From a virus, in IMG/VR virus record IMGVR_UViG_3300029951_000015: 64,000 nt of DNA; one strand, given 5' to 3'. A program made the position numbers and the translations under genes. Shown one piece after another: positions 33,235 through 41,290 of this stretch. The first letter of the stretch is position 1, and every line of letters begins with the position of its first letter. The notes under the pieces were generated by a model. That model was not told the DNA's origin, made no database searches, and saw nothing but the letters and a program-made list of their open reading frames with translations.

Positions 33235-34833
33235 ATGGAATCGACAACTTGCACCCTCGATCACGACACGGACTACGGCCCACTGTTGGAAAGCGTGGCG
33301 AACAGCTTCGCAAAGCTTACCCAAGAGCCTGGCACGAAACTCTTCACCACTGACGTAACCGGCCTGTTCACGGCGTATCTGGACGAGCTGCCGCAAGAGC
33401 TGCGTCAAGAACACACCTGCAACTGCTGCCGAAATTTCGTCGAACGGTTCGGCGGTCTCGTTCGGATTAACGAGCAAGGCCAGATACGCACGGTGATGTG
33501 GGATAACGTTCCTCCCGGCATCTACCAGTCGTCGTTCGAACGCATGCAGAAGCTTGTTGAACGTGCCAAGGTGACCGGCGTATTCCACAGCGACGAGAAG
33601 ACCTGGGGCACCGCGAAGACCGGCGCTTGGTCTCACCTGTCGATCACGCCTGCCAAGCACCTGCTGCATGACTCCCGAGCACTGCTACCGCACCAGGCCG
33701 AAGCTGAACGCGCCGAAGACTTCAAGACGATGGTGAAGGCGCTGAAGGAATTTGACCTGCAGACAGTAACGACCGCAGTAACGCTGCTGGAAAGCGAAGC
33801 TCTGTATCGTTCAGAAAAGACGCTAGGCGTCGCCAAATGGCTACAGGAGCTGATCACGCGCCGCAACGCTACCAAGGACAGTCGAAGCCGTGCGAACCAG
33901 CTATGGCTCGCTGTAGCCACAGCGCCCGCCGGTTTTGCGCATCCACGGTCGTCAATGATCGGTACGTTACTGGAAGACATTGCAGACGGCCTAGCCTACG
34001 AGGACGTGCGCAACAAGTTTTCTGCCAAGATGAACCCGACAAAGTACATGCGACCGCAGTCAGATCCCACAGCAGGTGCGACTGCTTCGGCGGAAAGGCT
34101 GGTCGAAAAACTCGGCGTAGCCGCGGCGTTTGAACGCCGGTTCGCTCGCCTGGAAGAGTTACAGACGATTTGGAAGCCTGCGGCAGTCAAGTCGGTTTCA
34201 GGTACAGGCGTATTTACGGCTGTCAAGCCGAAGGGTGCCGAGGCACGCGCCTTGGTGAACGGCCGCGCGTCGCAAGCCCTGACCTGGGCAAAGTTCGCCC
34301 GTACCATCATGCCGCAGGCCGACAAGATCGAGCTGTACGTGCCCGAAGTCGGCAGCTTCTCAGCGTTCTTGACCGCTGTGGACGGCGCTGCCCCTCCGAT
34401 CATCCAATGGGACAGCGAGGAAGCGCGCAATCCTCTGACTTGGTATGTCTATCGCAACGGATCTCCTGCGTCTCGTTGGGGCCTCATTCCGGGCACTTGG
34501 ACCAACGTTACGGCGCTTAGTGAGCAGCCTAATCTGTGGCAGGCAGGCTTCAAGCATCAAGGTGAAGGCGTTTTGTTCGTGCTGGACGGCGCAAAGGACG
34601 ACCGCAGCGTTGGTGCCGGTAATAACCTATTCCCGGAGTTACTGAAGTCGGAGCTACACGGTGCTCGGAAAGTGATCGAAGCCTTTTCCAAAACGGCGAA
34701 GGTCCACGGGTTCACTAACGCGTCGGCGTGCGGATATCTTTTCCAGAAAAATATTTCCAGTTTCAGCAGAAACCGGATTCGCGTAACTACTCAAGGCACT
34801 GCGATTGAATACAGCCTGGACCGCTGGGATTAA
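33235..34833 (+). CDS. large hypothetical protein with an N-terminal Cys cluster
   Basis: 532 aa with AAGGAA upstream and its own promoter. HTCNCCRNFVERFGG motif. I recognise no domain. Confidence 0.6.
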   Translation: MESTTCTLDHDTDYGPLLESVANSFAKLTQEPGTKLFTTDVTGLFTAYLDELPQELRQEHTCNCCRNFVERFGGLVRINEQGQIRTVMWDNVPPGIYQSSFERMQKLVERAKVTGVFHSDEKTWGTAKTGAWSHLSITPAKHLLHDSRALLPHQAEAERAEDFKTMVKALKEFDLQTVTTAVTLLESEALYRSEKTLGVAKWLQELITRRNATKDSRSRANQLWLAVATAPAGFAHPRSSMIGTLLEDIADGLAYEDVRNKFSAKMNPTKYMRPQSDPTAGATASAERLVEKLGVAAAFERRFARLEELQTIWKPAAVKSVSGTGVFTAVKPKGAEARALVNGRASQALTWAKFARTIMPQADKIELYVPEVGSFSAFLTAVDGAAPPIIQWDSEEARNPLTWYVYRNGSPASRWGLIPGTWTNVTALSEQPNLWQAGFKHQGEGVLFVLDGAKDDRSVGAGNNLFPELLKSELHGARKVIEAFSKTAKVHGFTNASACGYLFQKNISSFSRNRIRVTTQGTAIEYSLDRWD

Positions 34834-34881
34834 AGCGCAACTTAGCAGGTAAGTAGACTCACTAATTCAAGGAAGTAACTG

Positions 34882-35214
34882 ATGACAAAATTTCAAGTAG
34901 TCCTAAGCGTTATAGCCGGTTTGCTCGCGATTGCAGCGCTCGGATTCTACTTCAACGCCCTGGACTTGGCACTGCTCGCAACGTTTGCCCCGAGGACCGA
35001 AGCTGTACGCCAAAACACGTTCGAGCAGAGCAGGGCTTATAACGACGGCATGATCCGCGATCTGGAGAATATCCAGATGGATTATGTCGCGGCGACGACA
35101 GACCAGCAGCGCGCAGTGTTGCGTGCGACGGCCCTCCACCGCTTTTCGGTCTACCCAGCTTCAAAGCTGCCGCCCGACTTACAAGCGTTTTACCAACAAT
35201 TGAAAAACAACTAA
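34882..35214 (+). CDS. single-pass membrane protein
   Basis: 110 aa with AAGGAA upstream. N-terminal TM VVLSVIAGLLAIAALGFYF. Confidence 0.55.
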   Translation: MTKFQVVLSVIAGLLAIAALGFYFNALDLALLATFAPRTEAVRQNTFEQSRAYNDGMIRDLENIQMDYVAATTDQQRAVLRATALHRFSVYPASKLPPDLQAFYQQLKNN

Positions 35215-35225
35215 GGACCAAAACC

Positions 35226-35738
35226 ATGAAGAAGCTTACTTATGTTCTTATCGCGCTGCTCAGCGCGCTCATGCTCGCGGGTTGTCCGGTAGACCTGCCT
35301 ACATCGGACCAAGTCGCGCACCAGCAACAAGAGCAGATGTCGGCAGAAGGCAACCAATCGGTAGGCATGCCGGCGATCACGAATTTCGCGCAGAAGCGCG
35401 AATTCAAGATGATTCTGGAACTGGCTGACCAGGAGAAGCCGACCATCACATACCAGAAGGACATGAACGGCCGCTTCCATAAAATTTGCGACTCGATTGG
35501 CTTTCCAATTCCGGCCGCGACGCAGTACACGAACCCGCAGTACATTGCGTATAAAGGAAGTCAAGTCGGCGTGATTACGCTACCGCAAGCCGACCCGAGC
35601 GGGCTGTATTCGCCGGCATCGGCCGATGCGACCTGGGTGCTGTGTCTCGATCCGACCACGAAGAAGATCGCACCGTTTTACGCAGAAGACCGCGTGGAAG
35701 CGTCGCTGTTCCCACTCCCCGGAGCGCTGCCCAATTGA
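35226..35738 (+). CDS. lipoprotein
   Basis: 170 aa with AAGGA upstream. Lipobox LSALMLAGC. Confidence 0.6.
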   Translation: MKKLTYVLIALLSALMLAGCPVDLPTSDQVAHQQQEQMSAEGNQSVGMPAITNFAQKREFKMILELADQEKPTITYQKDMNGRFHKICDSIGFPIPAATQYTNPQYIAYKGSQVGVITLPQADPSGLYSPASADATWVLCLDPTTKKIAPFYAEDRVEASLFPLPGALPN

Positions 35739-36121
35739 ACCCCAGCGTCTTCGACGGTGATCGTGACGGGCAGTACGTCATTCCCGCCAACAGTCCCTTA
35801 GGGATCAGATTTCCGATGCCTATCTCGAAGGGATACGCGCGAGAGATGAATGGCGATTTCGTCAAAACAGGGAGAAGCCAGCACTCAAAGGAGGGCAACC
35901 TCGTGTGGGTGAATGTTACTCATGCCATAGAGCAGAACATTCCCTACAGAGTGATTACGCATAAGAACCCGCTCGACGGGCAGGTAATTGGGTATGAGGT
36001 GCTTATGATGAGCTTTCACTGCTTGATATGCAGCCGAAAACTCGACCAGCCCGAAGATCCGCTCAGCCTCGATTGTGGTGGTGACTGCCTAGGTTGTATG
36101 AACAGAATTGAAAAGGAATGA
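35735..36121 (+). CDS. hypothetical protein with C-terminal zinc-ribbon
   Basis: TTGA-coupled TTG start (uncertain; first ATG is at 35816). CLICSRKL...DCGGDCLGC. Confidence 0.4.
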   Translation: MNPSVFDGDRDGQYVIPANSPLGIRFPMPISKGYAREMNGDFVKTGRSQHSKEGNLVWVNVTHAIEQNIPYRVITHKNPLDGQVIGYEVLMMSFHCLICSRKLDQPEDPLSLDCGGDCLGCMNRIEKE

Positions 36122-36122
36122 A

Positions 36123-37340
36123 ATGACACAAGCATGGAACATTAGAAACCCGATCGGTGGCGCAGGTGAGCCTTATGCGACCGGACCTGCAGGAATCGTC
36201 ATCAGGCCAGGAGTCACTAACTCCCCTGAGTTTTTCGAGGCGGTGATCGCTACGCTGAACCGCGAGTTTCCACAACATTCCGCTGATGCCTCCGTCGAAC
36301 CGGCGCCAGGCGAGTTTGTATTAGGTTCGCCGGCGATCCCCGTCACGCATTCCGCGCAAATCGGAGATGCAGTAGTCGTGATCTCCGCGGCGACCGCTGA
36401 GGAAGTGCTTGAAGTACTGAACGGCTCGCAGCGTCCCGCAAGCTACGGCGCTCCTGTCGCTATCACGAACATCACCACAAGCGCTGAAAACCTTATAGAC
36501 TTCGCGGCTTTGGGACCTATTTGCGGTCTTGCCTCTGACGGAGTCGATGGTCGCCCCCAGGTCTATATCACTCTGCCGAATGTGTTGGATGCTAAGGGCG
36601 GTGCTACGACTATCGATTTCACTGGGCATCTTACCAATTTAAGTACCGGCGATCACTGGAGCGTCCGCACCATCTTCAAGGGTAAATCGAGGAGTCCGTA
36701 CAGTCGACGCGTGTTTATGACGGCTGGGTGCGACAACGAAAATGAGATGTTATCCGAGCGCATAAAGCAGCTGGAAGCCGCTAATCTCGACCAGGACCGC
36801 CGCATGCAGGAGTTGGCAGCTGAGCGCGACGACTTTAAGGGTAGGGTCGACCAGCGGACCCGCGACGTAGATTATTACCAGGACATTATGGAACGGTGCT
36901 GTCAGTATCTCGATATCAAGTATGACGAGAGCGAGGCACTGAACCGCAGATACGAGACGTTGTTCGACAAAATCAAGCAAGGAATCGACGTTGGCCCCGG
37001 CTTGCAAGTTCACGGGACAGCCGGAGCAGTTTCGGCGGTGTACGAACTGCTCGCGCGTTACGCGAAGGTGCAACGCAGAGAGGGTTACCTCACCGCGCGC
37101 ACAGCCAACTCACTGCTCATAGGTAGAGATCACCAGGTGTACGGGAGCGCCGAAGCCTTGAAAGCAACAAGTGCTTTGATGCGGTGGCCCCGCGTAGACC
37201 GCATGTTTCGAGCAGCCGTAAGTACACCGTTCTGGAATAACTCTATTCGTCTCGATTTCGAGAACGAGGAGCAGCGGCAGCTGGCGCTCCAAGAATGGCG
37301 TAACGCAGTCGCTGCACACTACTTGCGAGGCAAATCATGA
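36123..37340 (+). CDS. hypothetical protein with central coiled coil
   Basis: ATG 36123 has AAGGA 6 nt upstream. 405 aa. I recognise no domain. Confidence 0.55.
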   Translation: MTQAWNIRNPIGGAGEPYATGPAGIVIRPGVTNSPEFFEAVIATLNREFPQHSADASVEPAPGEFVLGSPAIPVTHSAQIGDAVVVISAATAEEVLEVLNGSQRPASYGAPVAITNITTSAENLIDFAALGPICGLASDGVDGRPQVYITLPNVLDAKGGATTIDFTGHLTNLSTGDHWSVRTIFKGKSRSPYSRRVFMTAGCDNENEMLSERIKQLEAANLDQDRRMQELAAERDDFKGRVDQRTRDVDYYQDIMERCCQYLDIKYDESEALNRRYETLFDKIKQGIDVGPGLQVHGTAGAVSAVYELLARYAKVQRREGYLTARTANSLLIGRDHQVYGSAEALKATSALMRWPRVDRMFRAAVSTPFWNNSIRLDFENEEQRQLALQEWRNAVAAHYLRGKS

Positions 37341-37780
37341 ACGAAGTCCGCCCACGCCCGGCGGCGGGACAGCAGTGGAAGCACCGCAAAGGCCACGTCT
37401 ATACCGTTATCGGCGTCACGAACGAGCCGAGCGAAGAGAAGGCGCACAAGTTCCCAGTAACGGTCTTCTACCGCGCGCCGGACGGCCGCGTCTGGTCACG
37501 TAAGCTCGATAGCTGGATGCGCAGCTTCACGCTGATTCCTGGAGGCGTTAAGTCGACCTGGGATGGAGACGGACTGCCTCCGATTGACTGCGATGTGATG
37601 GTCAAGACACTGAACGGCAGCGACGCTCAAGGCAGCGTAACCGGTTATCACCTTCTCGGCGCGCTGAGCGGGGTTGGTGCGGATTACTACCGCGTCTTTG
37701 TGGATCTTGTAGACAGAGGTTCCGGGAAGCAGGAAACGCGCCTGCTGCGCGACGTATCCCCGGTAAAGGCATCCTCATGA
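37337..37780 (+). CDS. DUF1653-like protein
   Basis: GQQWKHRKGHVYTVIGV...VFYRAPDGRVWSRKLDSWMRSF fits the DUF1653 pattern. ATGA overlap. Confidence 0.5.
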   Translation: MNEVRPRPAAGQQWKHRKGHVYTVIGVTNEPSEEKAHKFPVTVFYRAPDGRVWSRKLDSWMRSFTLIPGGVKSTWDGDGLPPIDCDVMVKTLNGSDAQGSVTGYHLLGALSGVGADYYRVFVDLVDRGSGKQETRLLRDVSPVKASS

Positions 37781-37992
37781 CCAGAGTCGCTTGCTCAGGA
37801 GTCATCAAGCGAATCCTCGCCGGCACGCCAAACAAGGATGGCTGGTCATTCCGTGGTGGCGGCCAAGACGTGACCTCAGACGTTTTGAAAGCCGTCAAGG
37901 AATTCGTGGGAGTCGGATGCACTCAGGTTGTCACTGAGGACGGCAAGCCCGTGTTTGAAATCGAAGTCCGTGCCATTGGAGTGCCGAAATGA
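37777..37992 (+). CDS. hypothetical protein
   Basis: 71 aa, ATGA overlap. Confidence 0.45.
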   Translation: MTRVACSGVIKRILAGTPNKDGWSFRGGGQDVTSDVLKAVKEFVGVGCTQVVTEDGKPVFEIEVRAIGVPK

Positions 37993-38240
37993 GTTGTACC
38001 TGTGTGTGTGACAACGAAAAACGCCTCGCGGAGCATTACAGCAAACAATTAGGCGTCCCTGCGAGTGCCGAAGCAAAGAATGTGGCGATAGTGTTTGGCG
38101 CAAAAGTAGAAAGCCGCCCCTTCTTGTTCTATGCGATTAAGGCAGACAAGCCGGGCTACCGCAGCGTAAACGGAAAAAATATCCACATGTTCTTTAATTT
38201 TTGCCCGTTCTGTGGCGTCAAGACTGAGGAAGTCAAATGA
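37989..38240 (+). CDS. hypothetical Cys-rich protein
   Basis: 83 aa, GAAATGA junction. CTCVC ... CPFCG. Confidence 0.45.
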   Translation: MSCTCVCDNEKRLAEHYSKQLGVPASAEAKNVAIVFGAKVESRPFLFYAIKADKPGYRSVNGKNIHMFFNFCPFCGVKTEEVK

Positions 38241-38455
38241 CCGCCGACACCTACGTTGCAGCCGTCTTAACCGGCTGGGTCTATGCCAAGCCCAAGCACG
38301 GCAACGCCAAGACCCTACTTCTGACGATTGGAGGTATCGCCATCGTCGGCAGCTGGACCGGAGAAGTCGGCCAGAGCTTCTTAGCCTGGGCACCGCTGCC
38401 CAAGCGGGACAAAGCTCTTGAAGCGGAGCTGTTGGCCAAGGGTCGGGCGGCATGA
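38237..38455 (+). CDS. hypothetical protein
   Basis: 72 aa, AAATGA junction. Confidence 0.45.
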   Translation: MTADTYVAAVLTGWVYAKPKHGNAKTLLLTIGGIAIVGSWTGEVGQSFLAWAPLPKRDKALEAELLAKGRAA

Positions 38456-38796
38456 CACACCAAGCTAATTGGACGGCCCTGTTTCGATCTGTCGAGCGCA
38501 GCGAATTCTTCGCGAGCTTCGCAGAAACCGCTGCGGAGTGCTTGGCGCGCGAGTATTACCACAGCGTTGAGCGCTACGACCGCAGCGTCTGCACAGGGCG
38601 TATCTATGCCGGTTGCATTATGCCGGCGACGCCTGCGGAATCGCGCTTGATCAACCGAAACGCCACAGCGACGCTTCGACGGATCGAAGACAAGGGCTTG
38701 CAGCTGGGTATCAGCGCGCAGGATCTGTACGACGCGCGGATTCGCTTACTTAAGGCCGGCCGTGAGATGGAGGGTTTCGAATGCTATACGCCGTGA
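38452..38796 (+). CDS. hypothetical protein
   Basis: 114 aa, ATGA overlap. Confidence 0.5.
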   Translation: MTHQANWTALFRSVERSEFFASFAETAAECLAREYYHSVERYDRSVCTGRIYAGCIMPATPAESRLINRNATATLRRIEDKGLQLGISAQDLYDARIRLLKAGREMEGFECYTP

Positions 38797-39092
38797 TTCT
38801 CGGGTTGCTTCAAGAGGGTCGGATACGGAGCGCGCGGCCGACTTCCTTTGCTGGCATTTTCGATCAAGGACGCGACGCCTGGACCTGGGCTTTCCCCTGG
38901 GAGCTTGTGGAGCATGAAGGCGTGCGTTTCCATATACCGGCAACGAGAAAGACCTACGCAGGAGGTCGGACTGGCGGAAAGTCTCACTTTGCGAGGCAGA
39001 TGCAGAAAACGACAGGAAGCCGCCCTGACACGATGATCTGGCTCGACGAGGCGAGTACGTTCACGGCGCGGCAGTGGGGATTGCTCAAATGA
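38781..39092 (+). CDS. miniature P-loop protein
   Basis: 103 aa. GGRTGGKSH looks like a Walker A and MIWLDEAS like a Walker B. Confidence 0.4.
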   Translation: MLYAVILGLLQEGRIRSARPTSFAGIFDQGRDAWTWAFPWELVEHEGVRFHIPATRKTYAGGRTGGKSHFARQMQKTTGSRPDTMIWLDEASTFTARQWGLLK

Positions 39093-39316
39093 TCCACGGC
39101 CCTTTCCCCACGTTCAAATCCATGCTCGACGACGCGATCAGCCGGGCAACGTATGTAGCGCCGGCCGTGGATCACGCATTGGCGGAAGCTGGCCTGCAGG
39201 AGCCTTTCGACGGCGACGTTTTTCTTGACGCGTTGGCTAAGCAGTGCGGGATGGTGATCAGCCTCGACTCTATCGCAGACCTGACATTTTCGTATGAATT
39301 AACGGAGGAAGAATGA
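39089..39316 (+). CDS. hypothetical protein
   Basis: ATGA overlap (track ORF 39074 trimmed). 75 aa. Confidence 0.45.
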   Translation: MIHGPFPTFKSMLDDAISRATYVAPAVDHALAEAGLQEPFDGDVFLDALAKQCGMVISLDSIADLTFSYELTEEE

Positions 39317-39594
39317 CAGATCTTGCCGCAGAAAACGTCAAGTTCACGAACGCGCTGCGCTATGCGGCCAAGATCCTAGGCCATGACAAGCTCGCAGTCG
39401 GGCCTAAGCCGGCCAGCGAGGCGCAGCAGCACTTACGGTTGCGCCAGGCGTTGCGTGAAGCGGTGCGGCAGATGCGGGCTATCGCTGAGCCTGTTGGGAG
39501 CATGCACGGTTACTGGGACGACATAGGCGACTTTGAGGCCCTGTTAAGCGGCGGTCAGCCGCGGCTAGACTGGTCGGTTGACCATACGAAATAA
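39313..39594 (+). CDS. hypothetical protein
   Basis: 93 aa, ATGA overlap. Confidence 0.5.
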   Translation: MTDLAAENVKFTNALRYAAKILGHDKLAVGPKPASEAQQHLRLRQALREAVRQMRAIAEPVGSMHGYWDDIGDFEALLSGGQPRLDWSVDHTK

Positions 39595-39620
39595 GCACAG
39601 CAGCTACGGCAACATTTTCA

Positions 39621-39653
39621 ATCGAAAAGCGCTCTATAGAGCGCTTTCGTTTT
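39621..39653. promoter_or_regulatory. dispersed palindrome, copy f (most symmetric)
   Basis: Contains the perfect 22-bp palindrome AAAGCGCTCTATAGAGCGCTTT (39626-39647). Confidence 0.6.
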
Positions 39654-39679
39654 ATTTAAAGCGATAAAAGGTGTATATT
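39651..39679 (+). promoter_or_regulatory. promoter, copy 9 (divergent spacer)
   Basis: TTTATT, 17 nt, then TATATT-TAGC. The GTATATTTAGC segment is shared with copy 8. Confidence 0.35.
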
Positions 39680-39706
39680 TAGCTCCACGGAATCAGGAGT
39701 TAGAAA

Positions 39707-39934
39707 ATGTGTTTCACAGTAGTTGTATCGCCGGCTCAGCCTGGCAAGTTCCGCAGCGTTCTGATCCAGGACGAGCAGAAGCGGATGGTCGCAGTGATGA
39801 ACACGCATGACACAGGCTGGGAGCATGCCGTAGCCACCGCCGTTGCGTTTTCGGAAGCGGCGAACACGCGGGAGAAGCTGGAAGAGGCGGAAGAAACGAT
39901 CAAGGGCCTGCGCTTGCAGCTGTCCAACATTTAG
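39707..39934 (+). CDS. hypothetical protein
   Basis: 75 aa with AGGAG upstream. Confidence 0.5.
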   Translation: MCFTVVVSPAQPGKFRSVLIQDEQKRMVAVMNTHDTGWEHAVATAVAFSEAANTREKLEEAEETIKGLRLQLSNI

Positions 39935-39947
39935 ACCAGGAGAACCA

Positions 39948-40571
39948 GTGTCTGATAACGTAATTTTTATGATCGAGAGCGGCAAAATGCTTGCTCTGGT
40001 CAAAGACCACCTCAAGCAACGCGCGCGAGCGCACCGGGAGGGTATCTCCCTGGTTAAAGAGTTAGGTGCAGATCAGTACCGTGTTTTCGACGACGACGGA
40101 AAGGTGTTTGAAGTCATATTCAGCAGCTGCCCGCGTCACCCTGACTTTACGGTGCCTAAGAAGTCAGGCTCACGTCCCAAGCGAGGGACTGAATGGGCTA
40201 AGCGTTTCGCCGCGCAGGTGGGGTTCAAGCCTGTGTCCGGGCTTATTGCCGAAGCGCTTGGAATTCCCCTATCGATAGCCTCTAACAGCACTGACGTGGG
40301 TATGGGGCGTTGGCGCGTCCTGGGCTACCCGCTGCGGGAGTGCGGTTTCATCTACCCAAGTTTGAAAGGCCCTTATGCGTTTTACACCCCTAACGTTCCG
40401 GCCGAAGTAGCCTGTGAAGTAGCACTAGGCCAGAGCGTCGAAGAGCCAGCCGCATCGTTCAAGCTCGAATTCGAGGGGTGTCGACGCATTACGGAAGAGG
40501 AATGGAACTTCATCGTGGCCCGGCACAAGTTCAAAAAACAGAAAGCATACAAACAGGGAGAAGCGAGTTGA
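39948..40571 (+). CDS. hypothetical protein
   Basis: GTG 39948 has AGGAG 6 nt upstream (track ORF 39843 trimmed). 207 aa. Confidence 0.45.
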   Translation: MSDNVIFMIESGKMLALVKDHLKQRARAHREGISLVKELGADQYRVFDDDGKVFEVIFSSCPRHPDFTVPKKSGSRPKRGTEWAKRFAAQVGFKPVSGLIAEALGIPLSIASNSTDVGMGRWRVLGYPLRECGFIYPSLKGPYAFYTPNVPAEVACEVALGQSVEEPAASFKLEFEGCRRITEEEWNFIVARHKFKKQKAYKQGEAS

Positions 40572-41011
40572 GCAAGATACTGCCGTTAGTGTCGACCGAT
40601 GAGATGCGGCAGGCGATGGAAGGTGAGACGCCTTACTTCTGCAGGAGAGCACTCGACAAGTCATGTTACGTAGTGGGCATCCGCAAGAACGTCGATTGGG
40701 CGGACGTGATTTCTGATGACCAAGAAATTCTGGAAACGTTTCCCCACGAGGATCTAGCTCACGATAAGTACGGCGAGCTGGAGTTCCAGTGGCGCTACGC
40801 AGAGATGCTGCGTGTAGCCCCGACGCTGCCGAATCCGCTGCTCGCCAATTGCTGGGAGTTCAATACCGAATACGACAAGAACAACGAGCCGAGCCAGATC
40901 AAAGCCACGTTCCGCGTCACAACGCTCGTCGACCAAGGATTGCAAGAAAAGGCGCAGGAGCACATTAATGCGTTTATTGCGAACGCGATCACCAAGGGAA
41001 ACGCAACGTGA
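40568..41011 (+). CDS. hypothetical protein
   Basis: TTGA-coupled TTG start with GGGAGAAG upstream. An alternative ATG lies at 40604. Confidence 0.4.
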   Translation: MSKILPLVSTDEMRQAMEGETPYFCRRALDKSCYVVGIRKNVDWADVISDDQEILETFPHEDLAHDKYGELEFQWRYAEMLRVAPTLPNPLLANCWEFNTEYDKNNEPSQIKATFRVTTLVDQGLQEKAQEHINAFIANAITKGNAT

Positions 41012-41262
41012 AGAAGCCCTATTTTGTAACTCTCACCACCGTAGCCGTCGTGATGGCGCGGGACGCTGCGGACGCCGCACAGGTTGCTCGTGACGTGCGT
41101 CGCGATATTTTTTCCGAAACGCCGCCGGAACACATCAGTTTTGAAGTCGGAAATTCCCTGACGCTTCAAGCGCAGCATGCTTGGCCCGCAGGCTGGAGTC
41201 TTGACCTCATTCCCTACGGCGGCGATGGCAATACCCCGCTCTGCGACATCCTGCGCGCCTAA
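41008..41262 (+). CDS. hypothetical protein
   Basis: GTGA overlap. 84 aa. Confidence 0.45.
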   Translation: MKKPYFVTLTTVAVVMARDAADAAQVARDVRRDIFSETPPEHISFEVGNSLTLQAQHAWPAGWSLDLIPYGGDGNTPLCDILRA

Positions 41263-41290
41263 GCAATAAGTATACCAACCTGAGACAAAA

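Noticed and set aside
33235-34833. Assigning a function to the 532-aa protein (radical SAM, ligase, methyltransferase, ARTase)
   Set aside because: The Cys cluster is CxCC, not CxxxCxxC. I found no KxDG, no SAM-binding glycine loop and no other catalytic signature. It is left as unknown.
34882-35738. Membrane protein plus lipoprotein as an Rz/Rz1 spanin pair
   Set aside because: No holin or endolysin lies nearby. The location is in an early, plasmid-adjacent operon. A 170-aa lipoprotein is large for an o-spanin and is not Pro-rich.
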